Positions 11,377 to 23,692 of a stretch of DNA of 64,000 bases are shown one piece after another (within the stretch, counting starts at the first letter, position 1; each line of letters begins with the position of its first letter). The stretch covers positions 62,001 through 126,000 of the forward strand of contig OZ361260.1 of the NCBI GenBank assembly GCA_977018835.1. The letters run 5' to 3'. The position numbers were made by a program, and so were the translations under genes. This stretch comes from Minutocellus sp. GHC0000111. Lineage: Eukaryota. Below the pieces are notes generated by a model. It was not told the DNA's origin and did not search any database. It saw only the letters and a list, made by a program, of their open reading frames with translations.

Positions 11377-13959
11377 TTAATCTACGCTATTCGTTATCGC
11401 CGCCTTCTTCTTAAGACGTTTGCATTTCTTCTTGTGGCTGCCAAGATACCAGTCGACGAACTGACATGCCTGACTGCAGTATCCCACGCTGCCACAACCA
11501 CTACAAAGCTGAAAGTCTTCCACTCGGACTGGATCATTTACGTACTTTGCATCAAATCGCAGCGCTAGTTCATCAACTACCGCCTCAAGAGCTTTGCAGA
11601 TTGTGCCTGATACTTCCCTGTCTCCATAGTCTTTATCAAAGGCCTCGCGTTCCTCCAGTATTCTGCCCGCATTTTCGCTTCTCTGCCACGCCCACCTTCT
11701 GCAATATTTATTGGAACAAAAGCGCTTGTCCGATTTATTTTTCTCAGTTACCGCACTGAGCTTTCGCAAAATACGCGGGGTCCGATGATAACCCTCAACA
11801 TACTCCCCACGGTGCTTCCCCTGCACCTTCTTTATGTTGTGAACAAACATGGAAACCGGCATCGTCTCTTGTATTGCGTTGCACACGGCCATTTCTGCCT
11901 GTTTACTGTACTCCATTGGACCAAAGAAGCTTGACTCAAACAAGCACCATTTGCATTTCAGTTGATTTGCCCCAATATTGAAAATAAAGTTACCCAGACG
12001 CGGTAGATCGGCACAATACGTCGCCACGAGTCCCAATAAATAGATAGCATACTCATTCTGCTTCAAGGCATAGTTCTTTAGAAAGTAAATCGTGTTTACA
12101 CCCAAGCCAAAAGACGACAGCACGAAACCCTCTCCCGTTCGGGCATTACCAATTTGATCAGCAGATCGAGCATTTTCATTGTACATTTCGCTCGTCTTTT
12201 TGGCTTCCTTGGCTAAATTTGGTATGCCCGTTACATCACCTCGCTGAAGTATTGATATTAAGTGTAATTGCTCTTCTTCTCTGTGTAATTCCTGATTCGG
12301 CTCTGTAACAATGGCTTTGGCACATTCAATCATGTTGCTGGGAATGGAGTATTCATGTCTCAGTATGATTTGAGTGCAGATGTTATAGATGAACAAAACT
12401 TTTGCATCATTGAACAGAAATTGCATTCCTTTTAGCGCACTGGTGGATTTCACATCCGTTGGAATGGCCCGAACACAATTTGCGCCCCGGTTGTACTGTT
12501 CCCAGTCATACTCATTTATTTCTTCCTTGTCCCCGTCGAGCTCGTCGGTGTACTGTTTTAATTGGAAATAATATTTGTTGCGGACTTCTAAGGCGACAAT
12601 GAGTTCCAAGTTCCAAGAAGGTAAGCCACTATCTGGTGGTAGAATGCCGCCCGTGTCCTTGTTGGCTTTGATCTCTTCTTCATCGACCTTGGAATCAACG
12701 CCACTGTCTTCCATGGCGGCGGCTGCTCTCTCCATCGCCAGCTGTCGCTCTCGCTCCCGCTCATCTTCTTCCAGTTGCAGCTTCCGTGCAAATTCGAGGT
12801 CTGACAGGGTTGTATCTGCAAAATCTTTCTTGCTGGCTGACGCATACGCATGTGGTACCAGGAGGGTCTTATTTCGTAGCAATGATTCAGAAAATGATTT
12901 CAGTGGCTTGTTGGGAAGGACCCTTTGGAAACCCGAATCAAACGCAACGCGCTCCCCATACAAGCCGTCCAACCGCTCCCACACAACATTGCTTTTTGAT
13001 TGTGAAGCATCGGTAACGAGAGCATACAACTCCTGTTCTCTCTGTATCAATGTAACAAATTGGTTCCCCAATCCAACCACCGCTACATCCCCATCTTGCG
13101 TCGACTTGACAATGTGACGATATCCTGATTTTGTAAGAGGCAAAGCGTTGCTCTGCAATATTCCCAGCAGCTCTGCTCTCCGTTCCGTAATTTCATCAAC
13201 ATTGGCCTGCGCACTTTCGCTGGCTTTACCACGCAGCTCGTTTCTTCGCACGAGCAGCTGTTGATATTCCTCATCGTCCTCCTCTGCCGCTGCGCCGATG
13301 GCTTCAATGATCTCATTTACCTCTCTGAGCTCTTCCTCGATGCCGGTGTCAGTGGCACCCAATATCTGACTTGTCGAACGCCTGAGATCATCGTTGACAT
13401 CTTGAATGGTCTTGTTTCCGACCAAATCGGCAAGCAGCTGCTCTTCTCCTTCATCATCGTCACTATCTTTGCCCCCACCATCGCGGCCACTTTTCGCTGG
13501 TGCCAGACCGCCATTCAACGGTTTTGGTAGATCCAAACCCTCGACATTGAATAATGGTGTCACCTTGGCATAAAAATCGGGACGCATACAAGGCCAATCG
13601 CTCGTTGCTCCATCACCAATCGCGTCGTTCCGAACAAGTTGGCGCACGACACCACTTTCCGTCAGGTCGGAAACTTGGGAGAGAAGATCGAAGTTGCCAT
13701 TTTCTAGGGCATGATTGACCCTCTCCTCGATGTAGGTTGTGAACATACCCTCCAATTCGGCACCGGTCAGATCATAATTTCCCATGCTAGGCAACTGCAC
13801 GCGGTTGGTTAGGAGGAGGGCATTGATCAGGGCAATGGCTGGTGACCGTTCGTTGTCTCGACTGGTGCTGTAAATTATGGGGAGAGGACCATGGCTCTGT
13901 GGTGAGCCAAGAGATCCATCTTGTGGTCGGTCGATGTATTTGATCCGGAAGTCGGCCAT
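11377..13959 (-). CDS. MINDY-1/2-like pseudo-deubiquitinase + MIU-like motif + C-terminal MYND zinc finger
   Basis: N-terminal FRIKYI...LPII...SPAIALINALLL and LTKSGY...VAVVGLGNQFVTL...LYALVTD...VVWERLDGLYGE...FDSGF follow the MINDY-1/DUF544 pattern. SDLEFARKLQLEED is MIU-like. CSGCGSVGYCSQACQFVDWYLGSHKKKC is a MYND finger. Confidence 0.8.
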   Translation of the reverse strand: MADFRIKYIDRPQDGSLGSPQSHGPLPIIYSTSRDNERSPAIALINALLLTNRVQLPSMGNYDLTGAELEGMFTTYIEERVNHALENGNFDLLSQVSDLTESGVVRQLVRNDAIGDGATSDWPCMRPDFYAKVTPLFNVEGLDLPKPLNGGLAPAKSGRDGGGKDSDDDEGEEQLLADLVGNKTIQDVNDDLRRSTSQILGATDTGIEEELREVNEIIEAIGAAAEEDDEEYQQLLVRRNELRGKASESAQANVDEITERRAELLGILQSNALPLTKSGYRHIVKSTQDGDVAVVGLGNQFVTLIQREQELYALVTDASQSKSNVVWERLDGLYGERVAFDSGFQRVLPNKPLKSFSESLLRNKTLLVPHAYASASKKDFADTTLSDLEFARKLQLEEDERERERQLAMERAAAAMEDSGVDSKVDEEEIKANKDTGGILPPDSGLPSWNLELIVALEVRNKYYFQLKQYTDELDGDKEEINEYDWEQYNRGANCVRAIPTDVKSTSALKGMQFLFNDAKVLFIYNICTQIILRHEYSIPSNMIECAKAIVTEPNQELHREEEQLHLISILQRGDVTGIPNLAKEAKKTSEMYNENARSADQIGNARTGEGFVLSSFGLGVNTIYFLKNYALKQNEYAIYLLGLVATYCADLPRLGNFIFNIGANQLKCKWCLFESSFFGPMEYSKQAEMAVCNAIQETMPVSMFVHNIKKVQGKHRGEYVEGYHRTPRILRKLSAVTEKNKSDKRFCSNKYCRRWAWQRSENAGRILEEREAFDKDYGDREVSGTICKALEAVVDELALRFDAKYVNDPVRVEDFQLCSGCGSVGYCSQACQFVDWYLGSHKKKCKRLKKKAAITNSVD

Positions 13960-14264
13960 GATGGGCGCATCGGCTTTGCTGCGAGAGGATCAGTCAGCAC
14001 GTGGTTTAGAACATGGCAGCGCGGCCATCATAACTTATCATCATGGTTATCAGGCATCATATCAGGCAAATGAAGGGAAAGAAGCATAATGAATGTGACT
14101 TTGTAGAGCTCGCATGTTGTCACCCCGAAAGTATCATCCAAACCTCTCAAAAGCCACCAGGCGTGAAAACCACGTCATTTTTGGCAGAAGAACTTTACCG
14201 ACGAAAGCGACGGTATCGACATCGGAAATCAAAGTCAGAGCAAGTGGACAGAAGTATACAGGAA

Positions 14265-14893
14265 ATGACGGCAAGAAGTACACTGTTTGTTCTCCTGGTT
14301 GGCGCACTGGCCATGTGCGCGAGTGCATTCGCACCGGCACACCACGCGTCGATCCGACCAGCAGCGGCCAGAACAGCAACGGCAAAGTCAACATCTCTGC
14401 AAATGTGGGGCGGCAACGACGACGAGATCGAGGGTCAGGATCGCATCAAGAGCTGCATCCCATACCTCTTGCCGCTCATCGACGGAGATCACTTTGCCCG
14501 ATATATCAACATGCGATTCCCCCCCTGGCCGCCATCGATAGCATCACGATCGCACCGCTTGCGCATATTGTTGAGTCCGTCCCATTCCTAAGTCTCATTC
14601 TGTTCCTGGTACTGAGCCTGGGAACCCGTGGCGCCAACCTCAGCCGACCCATCCGATTCAACGCGCAGCAGGCCGTGCTGATCGATGTGGCGTTGGTCTT
14701 TCCAGAGCTTATCGGAAGTGCCTTTGAGGGACAGCGACAATTCCAGCCTCTAATGGAGCCATCAAGCAACTTCATTTTCTACTGCTACATGGGAGCGTGT
14801 TTGTACAGCATCACCAGTAATCTGAGGGGCAAGACTCCCGACGGCATCCCATTTATTTCCAATGCCGCACAGCAGGCGACTGGGCCGTTCTAG
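14265..14893 (+). CDS. TIC20: Plastid-targeted Tic20-like protein; 1-bp frameshift in C-run 14519-14525
   Basis: Signal peptide + ASAFAP; RIKSCIPYLLPLIDG; RPIRFNAQQAVLIDV; GKTPDGIPFISNAA. One extra C restores RFPPLAAID. Confidence 0.85.
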
Positions 14894-15096
14894 CTAGCTA
14901 CGTTGCTTGCTGTTTCCTTGACGCTGCAAGCATCACTCTAGTTTTAGTTGTAAACCAGTTCTAAAATAATATGTACCTAGGTATGCGAGATTTGCGAGAT
15001 AGATATACACGTACTACGCATGTGCACTGAACATAAACACCGCATGCCATCTCTATCAACAGTATAGATCCATGAAGTATTTATAAAAGCATTGCT

Positions 15097-17324
15097 TTAA
15101 GTAGAGTCGTCCATGGAAGACCCACGCTTAAACAGTTTTCGGCTACTGCCGATCTTCGCCCCCATTGAGCCCATGATATCGCGATTACTTCCACCTGTCC
15201 CAAAGCCAAGGTTCCGTAGGCTTGCTCCTTTCATAACGAAAGTAGATCGACGTCGGTCATAGGCGCTGGGCCTTTTCCCTTCGTCGATATCGTTAGCTCC
15301 CTTGAGTGTTTCCAAACATTTGAACAGTGTTCCACAGGTTCCCTCCATCGTGGGACGATATCGCAGGTTGTCGGACCAAGCCAAGCTGAGATAAGTTCTA
15401 AGAGAGGATGGCAGTGCTGTGCGGCCCTCTGTCGGTAGCTCGGGCCGGTATCTCTCTACAGTCACCTTTTCAATGAGCTCCTCGCGTCCCATGTTGGCAA
15501 ATGGCTTTTTGAGCATCGATATTTCATACAGCAACATAGCGAAGGAGTATGTATCGGCACTGAAATTATAGGGCTTTGCCAGCATCACCTCCGGGCTCAT
15601 GTACCGATACGATCCACAAGGTGCGCTCATTTCATACACATCAGTAAACATTTTACCCTTTCTTCGGGCGCTGGCTCGAAGAGACGCCCCAGGTGCCATG
15701 GCAGAACGTGGCCGACCATTGTCGCGGGCGGATCTAGGGTCGTCCACACGTTCGTCGTCACGCATTTCCTTAGCCAGACCAAAGTCGAAAATCTTCACAT
15801 CCCCGCGGCAATCGAATCCAACCTGCAATATTGAAAGTAATGCGAAAGAAGGAATCGTATAATATAAAAGTGAAAAAAACTGCGCTGAATCTGGACCATG
15901 CGGGGAAAAGGCATTCATACCATCTAGAGATTTCGAAGAAAACTCACATTATCAGGCTTCAAATCTCGAAAGATGATGTTCTTGCTGTGCAAATATTTGA
16001 GGGCATTGGCAATCTCAAAGCCACAGTCCAATCGCTTGGCCAAAAGGCTGTTCCATCTCTTGCCCTGTCGATCAAACACTAGTCCGCTGTGCTTGCCCCT
16101 GAACAGCTTGGCCTCATTCTTCCACTTTTCGATGCGCTGCGTCAGACTTTCACTGAGTCGATCCAGTATGAGAAAATAATCCCCTTCGATGCCGGAGGCA
16201 AAGGCATCGCAATCGCCGTGCGTCATGCCGCGAATTTTCACAATATTCGGATGTTCCAGACAGGCCAGGAAGCGTGCCTCGATGACCAAGTCGGCGGCAC
16301 CCATCTGGTACGCGTCGTCATCTTCCATCACGTCCGCCCGCAGGCGCTTGATGGCATATCGCGGCGTGCTGGGTTCGTTCCTTGACTTGGCATCGCGGAT
16401 GCAGTGCCGGGCGAGGAATTGTCGTGCCTCGGTGTGGTAGTTGGAGAACAAGTGTGGAGTCGACCCGCCCCGTTGGAGGGTTGGGTGGACGACGTCGCCG
16501 GCATCGTCGTCACTGTCGCTTCCATCCACTGATAGGCCTCTGGCGTCCGAGCCGAAGCTCGTTCCAGATACCCTGCGGCAAATCCGTTCCAGTTGTTCCT
16601 CAGGTATTTCATCATCGGAAGACGACGCCTCGGACATGCTCTCCGCACCATCGTTGTTTTCATTATTTGCATCATCAGGATCGTCATCATCATCAGGATC
16701 ATCATTATCATTGCCACTTTTCCTCTCTTTCAGATCATAGCCATCGTCCAAATCCCGATTGCTACTGCCGCGACTGCTCCGACCGCTGCTCTGACTACTG
16801 AGACGGCGGCTGTTCCGACGTCTCTTGGCCATGAGTTGCCGATGGCTGTCCGAAAGCGCTCCACCGACGGGCACTCCAACAATACCGCCAGTACCCACCT
16901 CCATTATATTGGGTCGTTCGACCTCAGCCGTCCGGCCTTCACGGAGGTCAAACCGCACCACCTCGTACACATTGGAGAACCCCCCTCGGCCCAATTTCGA
17001 CCCGAGCACAACCTCGTGCGGGAGGAAGCGGGGGATGGCAATTTCCTTCCGAGGGTCGAAGTTGGTGGAATGCCGACCGATGCTCCGTGCCGTCTGGCGG
17101 GCATACTTGGCCGCCTCGAGGGCACCCTCGCGAGAGGCCACGGCGGCCACGGCGGTTGCGCTGTTTGGATTCGCAAGGGCCGATTCGGCAGCAGCAGGAG
17201 CAACACTTATGCCGCTTGTGCTGGACGGCAGATTGACGCGGTGATGCGATATGTCGTCGCCGATCGAGCGGCGCTTCTTCCTCTGCCGGCCGCCATTCGA
17301 GGAGGCCTTATTCGGTAATGGCAT
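15097..17324 (-). CDS. TKL-like protein kinase (diatom family); intron 15823-15947
   Basis: LGRGGFSNV, YAIK, HPNIV, FRDLKPDN|VGFD, DFGLAKE, GSYRYMSPE; canonical GT...AG intron. Confidence 0.92.
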
Positions 17325-17826
17325 GATGGCTGGTATGTAAGTGAGTAAAATTATCCGATTCTACGTAGCTAGATCCAAGGGAATTTTGGGTGGCTGAGAT
17401 TCGTTGCTTGTTGGGCTTGGGACTGCTGCCGATGGCGCCGGGCGGTTGCTTTGTGCTTGATGCTGCAATCTCGGCGAGATTCTTCGGCGACGTTTTCTCA
17501 TCTTGTGCCACTTCGTGTCTTGCTCCACTCTTCGATGCGGGTTCCCGCCGCCCTTGACTTGGCTGCTGGAAGAATGCATCATCGGCGCAAACCAAACCAA
17601 GGACGAGAAAGTTGCAGGCTTACTGCCTATTTAAAAGGCCACACAGCTTCGCATTGCGGGAATAAATTGAGGCAGAACTCATCGAGTTGGCTGGAGAAAA
17701 AGTTTATGTGCAGAGAAGTAAACACGGCCGTGGGCTACTTTTTGTCAGCCGATCCGACTTCTTTCCACGATTTAATTCCACCTTACGCCGACGGCACCCT
17801 GATAAAAACAAAGACGACTTGCTCCA

Positions 17827-19477
17827 ATGCTCCCAAATGCCAAGCGTCCGTCGCATTTAAAGGCACGGCAGCGTTCGGTATCTCGCTCGTCGTCGGACCT
17901 GCCCCCGCCTCATCCTCATCCTGCGCTTTCTCCTCCCGCGGCCGCATCACGAGGACAGCCCATACCACCGCCCCCGCACAATGAGGGACCACTTTCACAA
18001 ACCTCACCGGCCTTTGCATCGTCCCAGAGTCGCAAGGTAGGAACTAGGAACTCATCGAGCAGCGTGACTTCCCTTTTGACGTCGCCGCCGATACCAGAAA
18101 TAGGAGAAAAGGCACACGACAGCGGCATCGTGGTTGAAGCCGACTTGGACAGCAATTATTCCCAATATGCCAATGACGATGACGACGACGAAAGCAAGAA
18201 GCTCAGACAATCATTGTTGGGATCACCAAGATCGCAGTCTTTTCAAATTGGCAGTGTGCTCTGCGTTCGAGCAGCGTGGGAAGTGTCGGCAAGGCATATC
18301 CAACATCGGCATCTAGTGTTCGTTTGCTGCTACTGATCTCTCTCAGTTTCAACCTTTTGTTTATTCTCTGGGCATCGAATAGAATTTTTTAAGTGGCATG
18401 TCATATATTGCAACACAATCTGGCTGTCAAAAGATAGATGCGCAATCCCAGCTGAAATCCTGTGACATTGATGACCGAAGGAGGCAACAATTATGCGGAG
18501 TTGGAATGATGCAACACATGTGGCACGATACTCGAGCGTCTCGGTTGAGCAGTGGCAACAATGCCACGATATCGACCGAGCTCATCGCTGACCCAACCTG
18601 TGCAAGGTCTGCGGGGGAATTTGGCATTGCCAATCGGCTGAGAAATAAAGGCACCAGCAGAATCATGACTTTTGCCTTACTCTATTACGAAGAGCCTTTG
18701 TTTTTATCGCATCAGATTGCGTCGTGGTTGCAGTGGACCAAAGAAACCAGGGGAAAATTCAACTTTCTCATTGTTGACGATGGGAGCAGACCGGGCTTAA
18801 AGGCTGCTGATGTCATCAACGATCCAAGGTTACGGTCCAAAATAATGGAATCCAAGATGGATATCGAGATATATGAAGTGCGGGAAGACATTTGCTGGAA
18901 CATCGCTGGTGCCCGGAACCTCGCAGTGTTTATGGCCAAGACGGAGTATGTATATCTGGGAGATGCTGACACTATTGTGGAAGACGGGGCAGCCAAGTAC
19001 ATGCTAGAAATCAAATATGAAGATGAGATTGCATTCCGATCAAGCGAGGGACGTTCCCTGTACTACCAGTTTGACCGCATACGGAGCGATGGCAAAACAA
19101 GGAAGCCTCATCCGGCTGTAATGGTTCTATCAAAATCGACCTACTGGACCGCTGGCGGTGGCGACGAAGATGGAATGTTTACTAGCGGTAAATTTCGGCA
19201 AAGAGCAAAGTGGACAGGGATTAATATTGCCAAAATCGATGGTCAAATGGCCGAGAAAAAGATTCCACCATTGCAAGAGCTTGGCGACGCTATACCATGT
19301 CCAGACTTCAATGAGAAGAATTGCAATGCCTTGGTGAGATTCAAGAAGGATAATACACTGCCCCGTCCTGTGAAGCCGGACCAAGAAGAGTATTGGAAAA
19401 TGAAATTCAAAGGTCAAAAGCCATTTTCCAACGAATACCTTCGATTCTCTTGGATGATGGCGTATTCTAGTAGATGA
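17827..19477 (+). CDS. Type II membrane GT-A fold glycosyltransferase (GT2/GT7-like); two 1-bp frameshifts in T-runs (~18241, ~18387)
   Basis: FLIVDDGS, WNIAGARNLA, DAD, YWTAGGGDED. Adding one T at each run links the 17827 ORF through a TM segment (RLLLLISLSFNLLFILW) to the 18398 ORF. Confidence 0.75.
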
Positions 19478-19518
19478 CTGAACATCATGGTCTAATTTAC
19501 AATTACAAAACAACACAA

Positions 19519-21450
19519 CTATGCTACAATCTCGACCGAATATTTGCTGCCTCTTCCTGTACATCCTCGAAGTACTCCTCCTTGTTTTTTTTTGCCAATC
19601 GCAGCTTTTTCGTCGTTGCGAAGCTTGATTACAGCATCGATAAACTCAGTTGTAGCCGTATCAGCCCAACTGGTTCCAAAGCCAAAAACATTGCCAGTGT
19701 CCGGCGGAGCCTCCTGCCAACCGAGATGGCCACCGCATTTGGTCTTGACGACAAATACATTGGGATTCTCCGAACAGTGCGACATTTTCCTCAATGACGA
19801 ATTGTACACCAAAAAGTCATCCTGAGCCGTCACTTTGAGCATCGGGACGCTGACAAACTGCACATACTTGTGACTGCTGGCATCGTCCCAGTACGCTTCT
19901 CCGTCCTCGTATCCAACTCGAACTTCAAAGGGATAGTCCGGATTGTTCCGGATCATGTACGGTGCCAGGGCACAGTCCAGCTGACCGATCGTCCGGCTCA
20001 TCAGCGCCTTGTGAATGGCGGCCTTGTGATCCAAAGCGGTGACCTTCCGAAACGCCCTCCAGTGCATCAGTATCATCTTCTTGACGCCCATGCCCAATAT
20101 TTCGGCCCAGGGAAAGTGCATGTTGTTGCTGTGGATCTGGAGGGGATTGCCCAAGGCAATTCCACCGGCAACGTTGGGCGGGAGCGTTCCCGCCCGTCCC
20201 TCCTCTCCCAAATATTTAGTAATGAGGTTGGCTCCGAGCGAATTGCCCACAATAAAGATGGGAACGTTGGTATCGGCCATCCGTTGTACAACATTGTTGA
20301 TCGTGCACCGCAAATCACCCGTGTAGGCACCAGTGTATCCCCGGGGAGTACGGAGGGGCACACCCCCACACCCACGAAAGTTGTAGCCCGCCGCCACCCA
20401 TCCTCGGTCGGTGCATGCCTTCATCAGACTTCGGATATATCCAAATGAGGCATCGTTGTTGATTCCGTGCAGAATGACAACGACTGGTTTGGTGATGGGA
20501 CCGTGAAAGATTTCGTTGCGACTATGCGCGGGTGACTTGTAGGGTGCGTGCGTCGACGTGATGGGTTCCGGCGGTAGTTCCCAATCGATGGCTATTTGCG
20601 CACCGTCGTATCCCATGGTCATTAGTTCGCGGAAACGCAGCTTGGTGTTGCTACCGGGGACGGTGCCACCATCATCACCATCATTGTCAGCATTCCCTCC
20701 ACTCGCAATCATTGTATCATCCCTCCCATGAGGCAGTGCATAGGCTGCAATACTGGCCAACCGTCCTCTGGTACCGACCAGCAAACTGGGCTTGATGTTG
20801 CGGCTCAATATCCCCGTCTCTTTGGGAATGGACAGCATATGTTTCAACTTGGCGTTGGTGGGGGTGTCCTGACAAAACACCAGCGGTGGGCTGGTCAGAC
20901 TTTGCTGGAGACGCAGTTCGTACGCCAAGAGTGCCGAGGCTGCCGTGGTGACCAGCGTCGCCCAGCCCTGCGGCGTGTCCGGCAAGGATTCCACGATGGA
21001 AGATCGACGACGATTGATTTGGTTGGAAAGTTGGCGTGACATGCGCCGCATCGAGGCACGGGTACTGGAAGCCGTGGTGTTGGCAGCGCTTTTGAGGTCT
21101 GTTAGGGTGTCGGCGGAGATCTGGACCAGACGACGGGAGGAACGACGACGTCGCGATGGACCAAGGGCGGCCGTATCGGACGTGCCGTACACCCGTCGGC
21201 GGTACTCTTCGTCGGTTTCCTCCTTCTCCTTCTCCTTCTCATTTAGTAATGTCGGAGCGGCAGTGTCCGAAGCACTGCTTGGGTGGTGGCGGCGGTGGTT
21301 CTGGTCTTTGCTGACATGTGTCGAGGAGGTCACGGCAGTTTGCACATCTTGTGTCGAATTTGTCTTTCGATTCTTTGTCTGGTGCCTCTGCTGGTAGCTA
21401 TCACTTGCACGATCTCTCTCCTCTGTCGGCTCTCCGGCGGTTGGTTCCAT
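19519..21450 (-). CDS. Alpha/beta hydrolase, ABHD1-3/YheT/EHT1 family
   Basis: DGAQIAIDW, VVILHG, NFRGCGG, YTGAYTGD, GNSLGAN nucleophile elbow, AQDDF, GGHLGW. Confidence 0.93.
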   Translation of the reverse strand: MEPTAGEPTEERDRASDSYQQRHQTKNRKTNSTQDVQTAVTSSTHVSKDQNHRRHHPSSASDTAAPTLLNEKEKEKEETDEEYRRRVYGTSDTAALGPSRRRRSSRRLVQISADTLTDLKSAANTTASSTRASMRRMSRQLSNQINRRRSSIVESLPDTPQGWATLVTTAASALLAYELRLQQSLTSPPLVFCQDTPTNAKLKHMLSIPKETGILSRNIKPSLLVGTRGRLASIAAYALPHGRDDTMIASGGNADNDGDDGGTVPGSNTKLRFRELMTMGYDGAQIAIDWELPPEPITSTHAPYKSPAHSRNEIFHGPITKPVVVILHGINNDASFGYIRSLMKACTDRGWVAAGYNFRGCGGVPLRTPRGYTGAYTGDLRCTINNVVQRMADTNVPIFIVGNSLGANLITKYLGEEGRAGTLPPNVAGGIALGNPLQIHSNNMHFPWAEILGMGVKKMILMHWRAFRKVTALDHKAAIHKALMSRTIGQLDCALAPYMIRNNPDYPFEVRVGYEDGEAYWDDASSHKYVQFVSVPMLKVTAQDDFLVYNSSLRKMSHCSENPNVFVVKTKCGGHLGWQEAPPDTGNVFGFGTSWADTATTEFIDAVIKLRNDEKAAIGKKKQGGVLRGCTGRGSKYSVEIVA

Positions 21451-21743
21451 CGTGTCGCGGCTGGCCGGCGTATCTTGACTGGCAGCTGCGCGAAGTGGCT
21501 GGTCATGGTGTCATGGTTGAACTGGAGGAGCGATATGAAAAAGTACAAATCGCCTAAACGTGCAAAACGAACTCCTACCGTACTCCTTGTTCCGGCTAAT
21601 GAGCACTTACAATAAAGAAATATGTAATGAAAGAGTGCATGATGACCCCGAGTCTGCAAATTGGCTCCAACTGGTAGTAGAGTGAGCTTGCTGACTCATT
21701 GTTCATTCATTCGATTACCCAACGCAACCAACTCTTCAACTAG

Positions 21744-22769
21744 ATGACGTACCAGTACGCCTTCATGTTACCGGTATCTACACTGGTGGCCCTCTGTGCG
21801 CAGCTTTGCGGCATTGGCGGCGCGGCCATGTTCAGCCCCATCTTCCTCCTTCTCTTCCCCCTCCTGAACCTCCAGCTGCACTCACCCCAGCAAGCAGTCG
21901 CCTCGGCCCTCCTCACCGAAGTGTTTGGATTTGCCTCCGGACTCATTGGATACAGCTGCCGCAGACTGATCGACTGGAAAACTGCCAGACGATACATTGT
22001 GATCAGTGCCCCTTCTGCCCTTGTTGGGGCTCTTCTTGCCAAATTTGTTTGTGAGAATGTCCTGGCATTGCGTCTGATCTACTCGGCTCTCATGATTGGC
22101 CTGTCAATTTACCTTTGGATCTCTGATCACAACAGCAAATCATCCACTGGCAATGACGCATCAAAAGAGAATGCAGACCAAAGTGACGTTGAGAGTGGAG
22201 CGTCAGCAATCAGCAAAAAGGATGGCAGCACAGCCACCATGAAAACTGTAACCGCACGAAATGGTATGGAATACACCTATCTCGACATCGACCTACCTAA
22301 CAGCAAATCACTGTATGCGACGACAGTTTTTGGATCTGTACTCACGGGAATGCTGGGCGTTGGCATCGGAGAAGTGGTATTGCCGCAGCTCGTAAGGCGA
22401 AAGCTAATGCCCCTTCCTGTAGCTGCGGGTACATCGGTGTATGTTGTCGTTGTTACGGCTCTGACGGCGGCCGTAGTTCAATTTCTATCACTCGCGCACG
22501 AGACACTGGTGGCCGGGGATATATCAGCAAGTGGAGTCCACGTTGTGCCATGGGAGTTGGTTGTGTGGACGATTCCGGGGGTCATTGTCGGAGGACAATT
22601 GGCATCGTATGTGGCGTCCAAAAGAATGTTCAAGGATGAGCACATCGTTCGCTTTGCGAGCATATTATTTGGTTCCATCGGCGTTGCATTTCTTGTCAAG
22701 GCATGTCTAAAGGGGGATCAACTTGCAGCAGCATCTGCTATAGTTGATATTGAGGCTGTAAGATTATAA
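21744..22769 (+). CDS. TauE/SafE (TSUP) family membrane transporter
   Basis: Two GIGG/GVGIG..P hydrophobic repeats, AAGTS, GVIVGGQL; multi-pass hydrophobic. Confidence 0.85.
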   Translation: MTYQYAFMLPVSTLVALCAQLCGIGGAAMFSPIFLLLFPLLNLQLHSPQQAVASALLTEVFGFASGLIGYSCRRLIDWKTARRYIVISAPSALVGALLAKFVCENVLALRLIYSALMIGLSIYLWISDHNSKSSTGNDASKENADQSDVESGASAISKKDGSTATMKTVTARNGMEYTYLDIDLPNSKSLYATTVFGSVLTGMLGVGIGEVVLPQLVRRKLMPLPVAAGTSVYVVVVTALTAAVVQFLSLAHETLVAGDISASGVHVVPWELVVWTIPGVIVGGQLASYVASKRMFKDEHIVRFASILFGSIGVAFLVKACLKGDQLAAASAIVDIEAVRL

Positions 22770-22855
22770 TAATAAATACCGTACAGCAAGGAAAATGCTG
22801 TAGTGTAGAGGGCTGAGATGTTCTGCATGCAACGTCATGTGCTTCCAGAAGGTAT

Positions 22856-23692
22856 TCAAAGATTCTCAACCACATGGCACATTTCAATGCGGCTCATTTC
22901 AGGAAATTGTGTTGCAACTTCCCCATTCTTTACTGCTTTCACTTGACCAGTTCCTGCCTCGTACCCGGTATAAATCTTGTCGATTAATTCCATGTCGTCC
23001 TCTCTCGCCTGGCTCACCATACCAAAGGGCCGTGTGCTGCCATCTCCACCGTTGTCATTATCTAACCTCTGATTGTTGCCCAGGTTGATGAATATCTGCC
23101 CCAGACGCATGTTGTCACCGGCAAATGAAACAGTACCTCGAACATTGGAAAGACTCGACGGTAGAACGGGATCGGGTACCGTGTCCTTGGGTCCGGGCGG
23201 TCGCATAACGTGATAGTTGCTATTGATGCCAACCTGAGCAACAAAATTCTTCACGACGCGATGAAAGTAGGTTCCCGAATAGTAGTTGGTACGGACCAAT
23301 TGCAGAAAGGCCTCGGATGCCTTGGGTGCCAGATCGGACCGAACCACAATGTGGAATTTGCCATTGGCAACTTCGGGATTTGTCGAGTGTGGAGTCGATA
23401 TGGTGCACTCCACTACGGTTTGCAACGGCCGGAATCGAAAGTCTCGCCGAGTCAAAAAGACAACATTTTCCGCATCTACTTGAACTGATTTGGACTCTGG
23501 TTCCCGACGCAATGGCAGTGTTGCTGCTTGCTCTTGTTCGGCCGATGAAACCTGGTACGAAATCCAGCACAAGATGGAAAGGCAGAGAAGCGACGCAAGG
23601 GCCCAGAATATAACGGCGGGTAAAGGAGATATATTCGAACGCTTCTTTCGCCGGTCTGGGGCACGGCGGCGCTGGTTTTGGCTGCTCAGCAT
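22856..23692 (-). CDS. Membrane-anchored cyclophilin-like peptidyl-prolyl isomerase
   Basis: LAPKASEAFLQLV, YFHRVVKNFVAQ, SNVRGTVSFA, QIFINLGNN, PFGMV; N-terminal TM helix. Confidence 0.85.
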   Translation of the reverse strand: MLSSQNQRRRAPDRRKKRSNISPLPAVIFWALASLLCLSILCWISYQVSSAEQEQAATLPLRREPESKSVQVDAENVVFLTRRDFRFRPLQTVVECTISTPHSTNPEVANGKFHIVVRSDLAPKASEAFLQLVRTNYYSGTYFHRVVKNFVAQVGINSNYHVMRPPGPKDTVPDPVLPSSLSNVRGTVSFAGDNMRLGQIFINLGNNQRLDNDNGGDGSTRPFGMVSQAREDDMELIDKIYTGYEAGTGQVKAVKNGEVATQFPEMSRIEMCHVVENL

